This document shows, in pieces, positions 49,508 to 61,900 of a stretch of DNA of 64,000 bases. The notes under the pieces are model-generated. The model saw only the letters and a list, made by a program, of their open reading frames with translations, made no database searches and was not told the DNA's origin. The stretch is taken from contig JAUCBJ010007562.1 in the NCBI GenBank assembly GCA_032718475.1, positions 45,019-109,018 of the forward strand, read 5' to 3'. The position numbers were made by a program, and so were the translations under genes. Every line of letters begins with the position of its first letter. Position 1 is the stretch's first letter. The stretch comes from Nemertoderma westbladi. Lineage: Eukaryota > Animalia > Xenacoelomorpha.

Positions 49508-51869
49508 TAGGGTGTTACAAAAATCACTTTTTTGCCCCAATTGCTTGGAAACTTCGACATGTTTTGCCATTTTAATGTAGAAGTACAATGCAAAAAACCG
49601 TTTTGAAAAATATTTAGTGGAAGAGGTGTCACACGAGTCACAAAATCTGAGAAATTTAAGAAAATATAGCAGTTTTAATTTACCGATAAATCTAGCGAGA
49701 GATGATTGCAATGATCTGAAACTCATGTTATGTAATGCATTTATCATGGGCTTTCCAATAACGTTTTTGGCATTGTGAAATTGACAAGATCAGATGTGTC
49801 ACATTGAGTTTGAAAAATTGATTTTTTTTTTAAAATATAAGAAATTTAACAAAATATAGCAGTTTTAATTTACCGATAAATCTAGCGATAGATGATTGCA
49901 ATGATCTGAAACTCATGTTATGTAATGCATTTATCATGGGCTTTCCAATAACGTTTTTGGCAATGTGAAATTGACAAGATCAGATGTGTCACATTGAGTT
50001 TGAAAACTTAACTAATTCTATATGGGAATGTGCTGGTCCCCCCTGAGTTAGTTCAACTATTACTGACCTGGCCATCTTTACATTGCCGCGATACACAGTA
50101 ACTAACCTGTCATAAGCCCCCTCAGAGGCATTGTCATCACCTATAAACGTACTTACCAATTCCTTCAGTTGACCTCTCAACTGTTGGTATAAGTAGTTGA
50201 ATTTCTCAGTCGGTGAGAAATCCTGTTGAGCGACATTAGTCTTGATATAGTTGATGAAGGTTCTCCAATGTTTAGATAAACCAGTGAAGTGCGGAGGATG
50301 TAATGGTGGAAGATTGTGTCTCGGACTGAACTTAGAAAACTCCACTGTGATTGAGTTGACCATAGTATTGTCTTCCCTTCCTACCCGTTGATGGACATAA
50401 GTTGGAATCGGTTCAACTGGTGAGTAGGATAACGTACCTGTGGACGAGTACGCGAATTCGTCCCGTGATAGGTTACCTTCTCACTGACTGGTGATCTATA
50501 GTCAGTCTCAAACTCTGAGTCTGCCTGAATATTTATAACTGGGCATTCGTGGTTTAAACTTGGGATGGTCTTCAGGACGTTGGTACTGTTGTTCCTGTAC
50601 TCTAAGCTTTTCATTCTCATGTTGAGCTCGTTCTACATTGTCATTGACCTCATGGATATTACACCTAACATGGTCGAACTCCTTATCCACCTGCACTTTG
50701 ACGTACTGAATTCTTTGCTGCACTTCTTGCACAACACCACATACAGTTTGAACTTGTCCCTGCACCTGATGGACTTGTGACTGAATATGTTGGACTTTAC
50801 CTTTTTCTATGGATGACTTCATCCCACACCTCCTTATTACCTTCCCTAATTGCTAAATTTAATTGATACATATGGATGTTGGGCTTACCTGGAGTAGGAC
50901 TTGGATTAAACCGCTCACTGTCTCGAGCTCCATCCCACTCGGCTTGATCGCCTTCGTTAATCACAAATCTTTATCGAGACTCTACTTGAGGTCGTATGGG
51001 ATTCAAGACAAAGAGTGTTACCTGAGGTGTGGTTGGTTCTAATTGGTGTCTAGGTTCGGGCTCATGGCAACCTCCGGGGTGACTTATTACCTGGTTTCCA
51101 GGAGTCCCTGCATCCACTGGGTCCACCCAATCCTTGGCAACCAGTCTATAGATTTATTGCGCATAATGTTGATGTGCTTCTATGGTGTCGGCTCCATGTA
51201 TCTCGTTGAAGCGCACAATCGATGGTTCAGGCTGCTGATTAGTTCTTGAGCTCGAGTTCTTGAGCAGTCCGTTGCTGTCGATCCTCCAATTCATAGGCCT
51301 TCTGTTGCGGTTTGGCCGCAGCCAACTGTCTTTGTTGTTCTAGAATTAATGCCTCCTTGTGTTGTTCCATCTCGAGTTTCGAGGAACACACTCAGTTTTC
51401 ATACATTTTGATCTTCAATTTTTAAATTGTAGAAATGATAAATGCATTACATAACATGAGTTTCAGATCATTGTAATCATCTATCGCTAGATTTATCGGT
51501 AAATTAAAACTGCTATATTTTGTTAAATTTCTTAGATTTTTAAAAAAAATTCAATTTTTCAAAATCAATGTGACACATCTGATCTTGTCAATTTCACAAT
51601 GCCAAAAACGTTATTGGAAAGCCCATGATAAATGCATTACATAACATGAGTTTCAGATCATTGCAATCATCTATCGCTAGATTTATCGGTAAATTAAAAC
51701 TGCTATATTTTGTTAAATTTCTCAGATTTTGTGACTCGTGTGACACCTCTTCCACAAAATATTTTTCAAAACGGTTTTTTGCATTGTACTTCTACATTAA
51801 AATGGCAAAACATGTCGAAGTTTCCAAGCAATTGGGGCAAAAAAGTGATTTTTGTAACACCCTACAGTG
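49508..51869. mobile_element. Long-TIR non-autonomous DNA transposon carrying a BEL gag fragment
   Basis: >300-bp inverted arms (TAGGGTGTTACAAAAATCAC... / ...GTGATTTTTGTAACACCCTACAGTG); mirror ORFs 49493-49747 (-) and 51625-51870 (+); AACGG on both flanks. Confidence 0.88.
50000..51380 (-). pseudogene. Degenerate gag fragment of a related BEL family
   Basis: LPPLHPPHFTGLSKHWRTFINYI...EKFNYLYQQLRG...AYDRL...MARSVIVELTQGG aligns by eye with family-B gag LPVQQPPKFSGSSKHWHTFVDYI...EKFNYLLQTLSG...AYDRL...MARSVIEELCKGG. Confidence 0.85.
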
Positions 51870-52763
51870 AACGGTACAATCCCAATTCAGGTGAAAACAC
51901 AGCAACCCCCCTAGCCTACAAGTTCTGATGTAATGGACACTGTCGTACTGCAAATAGTCGCACACACACCTGTACTTAGCAAGAGTTAAGCGTACAGTTT
52001 GCTGCACCCTAACCAATGTGTATGCCTTGTACCGGTGTGCCTACGTCCTATCTGCGTACTAGTATCTGCTCTCTCTCCCTCCCCGTAGGAATATGAAGGT
52101 CTACTGCGGTTTTTCCTGAATCAAGACAGTACAGCCCCTATGATGTAATTTTGGGCTTACAGCGTGTCACTACGTCTACCTTTTGATCTTTTGGTCTTAT
52201 ACTTAGGTAGCAAGGATCGAACGCTGTCTAACCTTTCAGGCGATGGGCGAATAACACTAGATGGTATTGCGGGTCGTCTCTCGTCTACATTCCCGTGATG
52301 TTCCCGTTCATTGCTGCGGCCCGATCTCTAGCCGGCCATCCTGTCCCTGAGTTTGTTCACCGTAGTGAATTCATAGTAAAACAGAAAAGCTGAGAGAATA
52401 TTCTGACTTTATTACAGAAGACACAATTATAATACAATGTAATCTGAGAATAAACTAAGCACGACAGAATAATAATGTGAATATAATCTGTGAAGTAGAG
52501 ATATAAGATTGATTGATTGTGATTGAGATAACTAATGAACGAATCGCACCTTTATATACTAAATTTGTGCCGCAATCAATCGAGAAAATTCTCGATTGTT
52601 CTATGAGTTCTAACGGGGTTTTAAAGATAGCTATTGGTCCAGCTAATATATAACTTGCACGACATTGGTTACAATCAAATAACTACAGCCTTATTGGTAC
52701 AGATAAATGCAATTAATTTGTAGCGGTTAATTTAAATGAGTAGAAATTCTGCACAAAAAATAA

Positions 52764-52841
52764 TTCGCACCTACTAGGATTCGAACTCGATACCTACTAC
52801 ACATATAATTTCCAACGCTCTACCAACTGAGCTACTGAACC
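52764..52841 (-). ncRNA. tRNA-like Pol III unit in the 5' LTR of B copy 1
   Basis: Same as 35367-35444 with one substitution (52771 C vs 35374 T). Confidence 0.6.
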
Positions 52842-52967
52842 ACTTGACCGATAGATGTACAATAGATAGAACCAATACTAATGAGAACTCAAAGCAATCT
52901 TTACAAAGTTAATTCGAATAAAATAAAATTTTGAAAATCCACGGCATTTAGGGAATATAATTCTATA

Positions 52968-55038
52968 GTGCTATTACTAAATTGTAAGGGTTGCTAAATA
53001 CAAAACCGCTACTTACCGTTAGATGGCGCTAATCTGCCGTCCACTAATATATTTTACTAATTTTACACTACTCCTGCAAAATCGCTTGTTCCTTTCTCTA
53101 CCGATCGCTCGATAGAGAGCTAACTGTTCGAATCTATGAGCCACGCGGGAATAACCAAAACAATAAACCCGAGTCGGCTCCCTAAGCTTACTTAAGACGA
53201 GTGCGAGAGGCCTTGCACTCAGAGTATTCTTACGCCTAATTTTATCACTATTAAAGCACGCTATTACCTACGTCTTTCTAATCGCGAATACTGGAGGTTC
53301 CCTAACGTAATGTGTGAATGCGAGAATATTTAAAATATCAAAATGGTACAGTATCTGTTTCTACGTGGATAATACCACTCCGGGTCTAAAACTGCCCGCG
53401 ACTGGCTTTAGGCCAGCAAAATTACTAGCGTATCGTGCGTACCGAATAGTGCGTTCTAGCTGATTGTCCGCTAATGCAAATAACCGCTCAGCGTGAATAG
53501 TTTACAGTACACTAATTATTACCTTAGCTACTCTCCGCTATGCTGCGTACTAATTCTTAATTTTTTACTAATTAATTACAGTCACAAATATTTAACAGCG
53601 TACTAATTACTAAGAGTTCCAGAATACGTAATTCTAATTTATCACGCAACAGGTTTCGCTAGTAATAGCCTAATTTGCCGTATTACTTTGACCTAATCAA
53701 TAACTAATTATTGTAACTAAGAAATATAAATCAATCAAAGGAAAAGAGCGCCTATCTAAGCATTCGTAATCTTAGGCACACTTCAATAACACACCAATCA
53801 GCGTTAGAAATCACAGTTTACAATTGTGCAATTCACTACTCGTACTCCACACTCAACGTTGTAATACGCGCAGGCCTCTCCCGGGTACATCTAGGATTCC
53901 TAACTAACCCAATTCCTGCCCCCTAATACTAAATAGAGACAAAACCTGGATCATCAGCCCCCTAATTTGCTGTACCGGCGATCGGTCTGCGTGCCGCAGT
54001 GCAAGTTACCCGCCCGCAACGGTGACCCTAGCCAGCGTTGCCCGCTTTGAATCCTCCGCTCTCTCCTAGTCGCCCAACCCCCCGATGCGCCCACCGCCCA
54101 CTGGCACCTTAGCCCTCCATTACGCTAATAGCTACCGTAGCGGCGCATGCAAATCACAAAGTCTGACAGTTTCAGGAATCCCTTGGGATTATTGCGCAGA
54201 AAAGAATCACATAGAACCATCAATCAAAGGTAGAAATCATAGTTCGATTGTAATTTGCAGTAATCGAAGGAATTATTGAGAAACACAAGCAAAGTAATCG
54301 CACTAGCAAATCATTCCAAGAAATTAATCAAAATTAGCAAATTGCAGAAAAATACAAAATTAGAGACAGCTCAGCAAGTAAATTGTAACAGGGGTGTATC
54401 ATGTGACAGATTGATGAACATATGAACAACAAAGGCCCTACCGGCACACCGCCAATTTATATGTGATCCGGATGGGGTGATGCAATAAGGTGACTCAATC
54501 GCTCTCCCATTGGCTCTCCAGCCCATGCTAGCATTAAACCAACCTGGAAGCAGTTAATCCAATAAGGAGACCGGATTGTAGCCCTATGCCCTCAAATTAT
54601 TACCATATATGGTAATGGATCACGTCTCTGGCTGCTGAATGGCCAGGACAGCGTCCCTATATGCTAGCCCTATCAAACTAATATCAGCAAGCACAAAATC
54701 CAGGGTCCGAATAAACTTGCTACCCTGGGACTATCTACATATCCTAATACAAAATTACGTAGGTAGGGCTACATACTATACAAAATGAATGGATGCAAAA
54801 TATATGGGCGTTTTAACTTCCTTACCTAAATACCACTGCGTTATTATGCCTTATCTAAAATATCATGCTGCACAACGGACTAATATTACATACAGTATAA
54901 CGGACTAATATTGCATACTGCATAATGGACTAATATTGCATACTGCATAATGGACTAATATTGCATACTGCATAATGGACTAATATTGCATACTGCATAA
55001 TGGACTAATATTGTGGATACAGCGCCATATACCGTAAC
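52968..55038 (-). mobile_element. Family-A 3' LTR, main piece
   Basis: Reverse-complement homolog of solo LTR 16387-18445; starts TGTTACGG at 55038, preceded by TGGAGCGG; 25-bp tandem repeats at ~54870-55015. Confidence 0.93.
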
Positions 55039-56214
55039 ACCGCTCCAAGGGAAATCATATAATGTTTCCCTCCAATTGTAGAAGAGTATAAGGTGATGTA
55101 TACAAAACAAATAAATTTCTTCCAACCAATCTAAATAACATAATAATTCTACTATTTACAAATATTGCCATAGATATTGCATAATGAATTACATACAAAT
55201 TAAATTCACAAAATATTATCTCTCTCACTGTTTAACGATTATTACATACAAATTAAATTTACAAAATATTGTTTCTCGTTCATTCTTACTACATAATGAT
55301 TACTACATACAAAATCAAATATAAATTTTGCTAGGGCAAGTGAAAGGAGTAAGCCAAACCCGCAGGTTTGTCTCCCCAATCACTTCCTTCGCCTCTTTCA
55401 TAATATAAATTCAAATAACTCAACTAGTGTATATGAGTCTAGTCGAAGATTTTCAAATGCTACAATATACATCAGAGCGACGATGATGTATATATCTAGA
55501 GTCTGTCGCCCTGTGCCATAATGTATTATCGACCCGCTCCTGGGTTCTTTGGGCTCGCTCCTCTCTTTCGCCCCCTTCCCAGATACACTAATCTACCTCT
55601 AGTTGACTCCGTTGACGGCGTCCGTGAGGCGTCACTCCCCGGAACCGACGACGACGTTCCCTGAGCCCCGACAGATTCTCGGCTCGAACTTCTCCCTCGG
55701 CCTCGTCCCAATTGTCGCGCTCCCGTGGTCGCTTCCGCCAACTCTTCCTTATGCAGTTGCACTCGCGCTTTTTCAGACGCCCCCTGCGCCTTGCGCTGCA
55801 ACCTTTGCGCTTCTATAATAGACGCTTACGTCCTTCTGGGCTCCTCCCCGAGGCGCACCCACGAGGCGGACGCTTTTCCACCACCCCTGGGGCCAGTCCG
55901 ACTGATGTTATTATCAGACCGGGCCGGGGGATGGCCCGATGCTTCCCGGGTTCAATTTTCAATTCCCCGATCACACCGGCACAGCTCGTCGAACGTGTAG
56001 CCAGATGGGTGGCTACTGTCAACTCACTGTGGCCTGACTGTACATTGAGCCAACTCAGAGAGTCAACCGGCAGGTGGACCAGTCGATAGCGATCGAGCAC
56101 CAAGGTCGCCCTTGGGCCTAACCGACGGTCTTGTCCCATGTGGGCTTGCGCTACCCAACATGGAATTTTGACTCGTTTTCACCTGCCTCGCCGGCAGTAT
56201 TGAAGAAACAATAC
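55039..56214 (-). mobile_element. 3' internal region of the family-A element, with a degenerate ORF tail
   Basis: PPT next to the LTR, AT-rich 3' UTR, GC-richer ORF pieces 55526-55801 and 55813-56139 ending in an RG-rich basic tail. Confidence 0.65.
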
Positions 56215-56343
56215 TGTTATAGAATTATATTCCCTAAATGCCGTGGATTTTCAAAATTTTATTTTATTCGGATTAACTTTGTAAAGATTGCTTTGAGTTC
56301 TCATTCGTATTGGTTCCATCATTTGTGCATCTATCGGTCAAGT

Positions 56344-56430
56344 GGTTCAGTAGCTCAGTTGGTAGAGCGTTGGAAATTATATGTGTAGTAGGTATCTAGT
56401 TCGAATCCTAGTAAGTGCGAATTATTTTTT
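56344..56430 (+). ncRNA. tRNA-like Pol III unit in the LTR of B copy 2
   Basis: TAGCTCAGTTGGTAG A box, GTTCGAATCC B box, T6 at 56425-56430. Confidence 0.6.
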
Positions 56431-56487
56431 GTGCAGAATTTCAACTCATTTAAATTAACCGCTACAAATTAATTGCATTTATCTGTA

Positions 56488-56775
56488 CCAATGAGACTGT
56501 AGTTATTTGATTGTAACCAATGTCGTGCAAGTTATATATTAGCTGGACCAATAGCTATCTTTAAAACCTTGTTAGAATCTATAGAACAATCGAGAATTTT
56601 CTCGATTGATTGCGGCACAAATTTGGTATAAAAAGGTGCGATTTCGTTCATTAGTTCACTACTTTAGTATACTTTATATTCACTCTACTTCACAGATTAT
56701 ATTCACATTATTATTCTGTCGTGCTTAGTTTATTCTCAGATTACATTGTATTATAATTGTATCTTCTGTAATAAA
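56488..56775 (+). promoter_or_regulatory. Putative LTR Pol II promoter and poly(A) signal
   Basis: CCAAT at 56488, 56517, 56548 (~30-bp spacing), TATAAAAA at 56627, AATAAA at 56770; equivalents present in the copy-1 LTRs. Confidence 0.55.
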
Positions 56776-58956
56776 GTCAGAATATTCTCTCAGCTTTCTA
56801 CCTGTTTTACCATGGATTCACTACGGTGAACAAACTCAGGGACAGGATGGCCGGCTAGAGATCGGGCCGCAGCAATGAACGGGAACATCACGGGAATGTA
56901 GACGAGAGACAACCCGCAATACCATCTAGAGTTATTCGCCCATCGCCTGAAAGGTTAGACAGCGTTCGATCCTTGCTACCTAAGTGTAAGACCAAAAGAT
57001 CAAAAGGTAGACGTAGTGACACGCTGTAAGCCTAAAATTACATCATAGGGACTGTACTGTCTTGATTCAGGAAAAACCCACAGTAGACCTTCACATTCCT
57101 ACGGGAGGGAGAGAGAGCAGATACTAGTACGCAGATAGGACGTAGGCACACCGGTACAAGGCATACACATTGGTTAGGGTGCAGCAAACTGTACGCTTAA
57201 CTCTTGCTAAGTACAGGTGTGTGTGCGACTATTTGCAGTACGACAGTGTCCATTACATCAGAACTTGTAGGCTAAGGGGTTGCTGTGTTTTCACCTGAAT
57301 TGGGATTGTACCGTTCAGGCGGTAGGGCAGTTTACGCTAGGCGCAAATAAATTGAGGCTATCAGGGATACTAACATCTACCGTGTCCCCGCCAACGCCCT
57401 AATAGGAAGTTACCCGGACTACCTGGGTGACTAAAATTCTAGATAGGAGCCAGGATAGCTATTAGTACCTGTACGCCTACAGTAGTAAACTAACACATCT
57501 CTTCTTAGTATCAGGGACCTGGTACCTAAAATTGCCGAATTCTGGGCGTAGTATTAACCTTATGCCTGAATTTGAGTCCTGGAAATACGCAAGAGGGGAA
57601 GGAACCTTACCATTCGTGAGTATTGGACCTACAAGTTACAAAATTAGAATATTCGTAAATGCATACCGTACCCAGTAATTATATATGTGAAGGAGCAAAA
57701 CTGTTTTGACCGTTCAGAATTAACACACGCGCGTTAGAAATTATTTACACCTCAAAATATATAAAATTAACTTTTGTCCTTACTGTGCTTTGCCCGCTAG
57801 TTAGACATCTCCAAATATCTGCCTGTGTATCTAGCTAGCGTCCCTTTGCCCAACCATATAAATCACACCGCGGCAAGGTATGCGAGCCCCTTAGTCCGTC
57901 AGTGAGTCAGCCTGATTTTAGGATTCGCTGCGCGGGATTTTGTTTTATCGAAGTTGGTCTGCTCGTAGACTGTTTTCTGCCTCACCGGTTATAAGAGATC
58001 GATACTGCAATATATTCACTTACTTAGAGTTTACTGTTTTGGTGAGAAGGTCGGATTTATGATTTGATTTACAAACTTTACAGTAGGATATTGCAGGTAT
58101 TGTTACCGTCTTTTCGCATAGTAGGAATAGGCGTATCTCTTCAAATAGTAGGAATGTGTTTTACTGAACTACGGTTCGGTAGGACTAAAGTTATTTGAAA
58201 ATTTTGTATTTTGAGGTAAAAATTTGTATTTGATTAGCTAAGTGCTAATTTTTTGAAATAAAATTTGATTTGAACCGCGTGTAAAATATTTTTGGAATTG
58301 AATACCGGTGTTTAAAAGGGTTTAAATACCATATTGTACCGGTACAAAAATTTTTGTAAAAGTAAAACCTAACTCTTTTGTTTTTTCAGGATTCAGAACT
58401 CATTTCTAGACTGTAACGGGAGCAAGACTGTGTTTAGCAAGTTTGGGAGATAGATAACTCAACAACTTTGGTTGGGAAAATCGCGTTTCGTCCGCAATGT
58501 TAAAAACGGAAAGGTTCACGTCCGGTTTGTATTTGGGAATCTGTTTTCTGGAGAATTATTGGAGTGGGTGAGTTCGAAAAGTTGCATAAATAAGTTAGGC
58601 ATTACCGTATTAGTTAAAATTATTGTGGGTTCCACTGTCTCAAGTATTTATGCATTCCGTATGATTTCTTTGTTCATTGCTGAATTAGTCCGTATTATTG
58701 TATTTAATTTACCTTTTGATAACGCATATCGTTATCCGATTTATTTGTTATAAAATTGGCTGCTAGGCTAATTTTATTATATACTTATTCCGTGACATTT
58801 ATTTGCTGTAAAATTGGCCGTTTAGGCTAATTTTATCCATCTGCTATAAAATCGGCCGGTAGGCTAATTTTATATGACTGTAATTAGTACCGTTTTATAC
58901 AAATACGGTAAACTTGATACTTTGACACTCACTTTACTTGACTTACAACTACCGAA

Positions 58957-61900
58957 ATGAGTGACAAACAAGACTATACGAAGAATACACAAACCGACTA
59001 TGACTCGTGTGACGGAGATAAGTCAGCAGCGGAAGAACAACAGGGGAAGACTCGCGAGCCTACCGAACCTACACCGTGTGCGTCACCAGTACATCCAACG
59101 GGAGTACCGGATGCCGTAGTACGAGGCGACGGCAGGACCGAGGACTTTCTAACTGTTCCGCAACCTAGATATAGGGAAACGGAAATGGTAAGTTCAGCAG
59201 GAAGCACAGAAAGTGTGGTTAGAAGCGTCGGTGGATACATGGCGCATATAACCAGGAGCATTGGAGAAGGCCAACGCATATTAGACGGGTTGACCGCTCC
59301 GATGTCTCGATTCGAGTTCTACACCCTCCAGGTTAGAGTACAGAGTAAAGTATATAAGTCCGTAGATAATCTAGTTGGCCTACAAGATCTAGCTAGACAG
59401 AGACAGGACATGGATACCCAACTTAGAATCCTCGAGAAACTAATGATCACTAGAGAGAAACTGATTCAGTTTAAGTCGACGATTAGACAGATACAACAGG
59501 AACAAGCGGACCAGTTGTTAGGTGAGTCAGTTTCGGGCGAATTATTACAGCCCGAGGAAGAACAGGAACTGTACCGACTGGATGGACAATTGAAACATCT
59601 GACGGACCACTTACGTATGTGCGGCGAAGACGTCGGCGATTTGGAAACCGTGCCGGAATATACGAGGGAAACTTCACCTGTACGAATCGAATCGGCACCG
59701 GGAATACTGGATCAATCTCTGGTGAGTATTCGTAGCGAAATCGGCGAGGGAAGTATGGCTACGTCAGAAATTGCTCGACAACAACAGCTCTGCAGACAAC
59801 AACAGGAGATGGAGGAACAAACTCAACTTCTAATGCTACAAGCAGCAGTAGAAGAAGAGAAGCTACGCGTTGCAAATATAGCAAGAATCTCCCATCTGCA
59901 AGAACAAGCCGAGTTGGAAGCAGCCGAGATGGAAAGGTTAGAGTTGGACATTGCGCAACAAACAGCAGCAGCGGCAGCGGCTGAGTCAGAGCGACAAGCG
60001 GCAGCAGCAGCGGCAGCGGCTGAGTCAGAGCGACAAGCGGCAGCGGCAGCGGCTGAGTCAGAGCGACAAGCGGCAGCGGCAGCGGCAGCGGCGGAGTTAG
60101 AGAGAAACCGGTTAGTTTTAGAAGCCAGAGCAGAGATGAAGACACGGCAAATAAAGGCCCAGTCAGCTATACGACAAGCGGAACTCGAGGCGAAACAACA
60201 ACAAACGGAACAACGCGAGAAAGAAGTTAAACTTCGTTTCGAACTCGAGAAGAAGGCGAGAGAATTAGCCAATGCCAAGGAAGACCTAGATCTACAAGCC
60301 CGCGATCGATCGATGAGATCTCGAGACGGACATGACTTGGACCAAATAGAGGTAAGACATCGCCAAATTCAGGAACGGAAGAAGGAAGGAAGCGTAGGAG
60401 CACCCGGACGGGAACGACAATTAGTAAAGGACTTGTGTCAACGATTCCCACAGGTAACTCATATGTTTGCACCGGTTACGACTAAGGAACCTGTTTCGAT
60501 TGCGGGTAGTAGTAACATTTCTCCTATCCATGGTGCGACGGAACACAGGTTTGTTATTCCGGACGAGTTTACACCGCCAAGAGCAACGTCGTCGCCTATT
60601 CCGAAAGTCAAGGTAAGTAACCCACCGATTACAGATCGCAGTAGTTTATTAGTCGAACCTGTATTACTGACGACTAAACAGGTGAGTCCACCTCTGACGC
60701 CAAAACCTGTTACACACTACGCTTACCCAATGACGTTTAGGCCAACAAGGCCTTTGGATTCAAACGTTGTTACTCGACCACCGGTTCAATTTACATCGCA
60801 ATCTACGACTTCGAGGAAGACTTGTGAGCCTACCGAACAACGGAGAACAGTGGATACGCGACCATTCAACCAATTTACATCGCAATCTACGACTTCGAGG
60901 AAGACTTGTGAGCCTACCGAACAACGGAAACCAGTAGACGATGTTCCAAAACGAAACGTTAGAGTTCGAACGACACAACGGACGCGAGCACGTCGACCAC
61001 CATATCCAGATGATAGTAGTACTTCGAGCGAATCGGATTATCCGAAACGCGAGGTATTTAGAACAGGGGCGGCCGATGAATATAAACGCGAGCGTTCAGA
61101 CAACTCCTTTGTAGACAATCCTCCACAGAATACACCAACACAAAAGGCGTTACCACCAGCGGGCGCGATCGGTGCACAACAGTTCGCCGACATTGTCAAC
61201 AAGTTGGCCCGGATTGAGGAACGTCTGGAGGAAGGTTACACCGACAGTTCGAGAAATTCCGAATTCGAACCCAATAAACACCCGAAGGAACCACAAAGAC
61301 CGGTACCTTCAAACCCCACATCGTATCAAAGAAAAACGCCAAGAAGGGAGAACAACAACCCGGTTGCCAACCAAGGACGCGAAACTTTGAACGTTGCCGA
61401 GGAGATAGCGAAATTCGCAGCCAGACAGGGATTGCCGGTACAACAACCACCGAAGTTTTCCGGTAGCTCAAAACACTGGCATACCTTCGTAGACTATATT
61501 GAATCCCAGATCGCCGTGTGCGCCTTTACATCGCGGGAGAAGTTCAATTACCTGCTCCAAACGTTGTCAGGAGAACCTAAACGTTTGGCGGAGACCTTCG
61601 TTGGTGTACCAGACGCTTTCGAACTAGCGTACGATCGTTTGACTTCGATATACGGAGGTACAGTGAGTATGGCCAGGTCAGTAATAGAGGAACTCTGTAA
61701 GGGAGGGGCTATCACTAAACCCGTCGACTTACTAAAACTAGCTGACGAGATCAAGAACGCTATCACTACCTTAAGATCAATTGGACAACTTGATTACGGG
61801 AATACCCCTACAGTTCTATTAAAGATAATAGGACGACTCCACCATCGACTTCGTCGGGAGTGGAGGAAGGTCGAATACCAGCGAGAGGAGCGAGGAGGAT

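Larger units (their letters stand above)
33635..52967 (-). mobile_element. Full-length BEL/Pao LTR retrotransposon, family B copy 1, with an extra ORF
   Basis: Near-identical LTRs (33635-35570 and 48665-52967, the latter with a nested insertion); 5-bp TSD GTGCT (33630-33634, 52968-52972); intact gag-pol; PPT-like TGGAGCGG next to the 3' LTR. Confidence 0.97.
48665..52967 (-). repeat. 5' LTR of B copy 1, interrupted by a TIR element
   Basis: Matches 33635-35570 apart from 2367 extra bases beginning at 49508. Confidence 0.95.
56215..58147 (+). repeat. 5' LTR of B copy 2 (ends uncertain by 3-4 bp)
   Basis: Homologous to 33635-35570 with scattered substitutions; lacks the nested TIR element. 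Confidence 0.93.

Noticed and set aside
56344-56420. Functional ochre-suppressor tRNA (TTA at positions 34-36)
   Set aside because: Position 33 is A rather than U, and the anticodon, T and acceptor stems have multiple mismatches; kept only as a tRNA-like Pol III unit.
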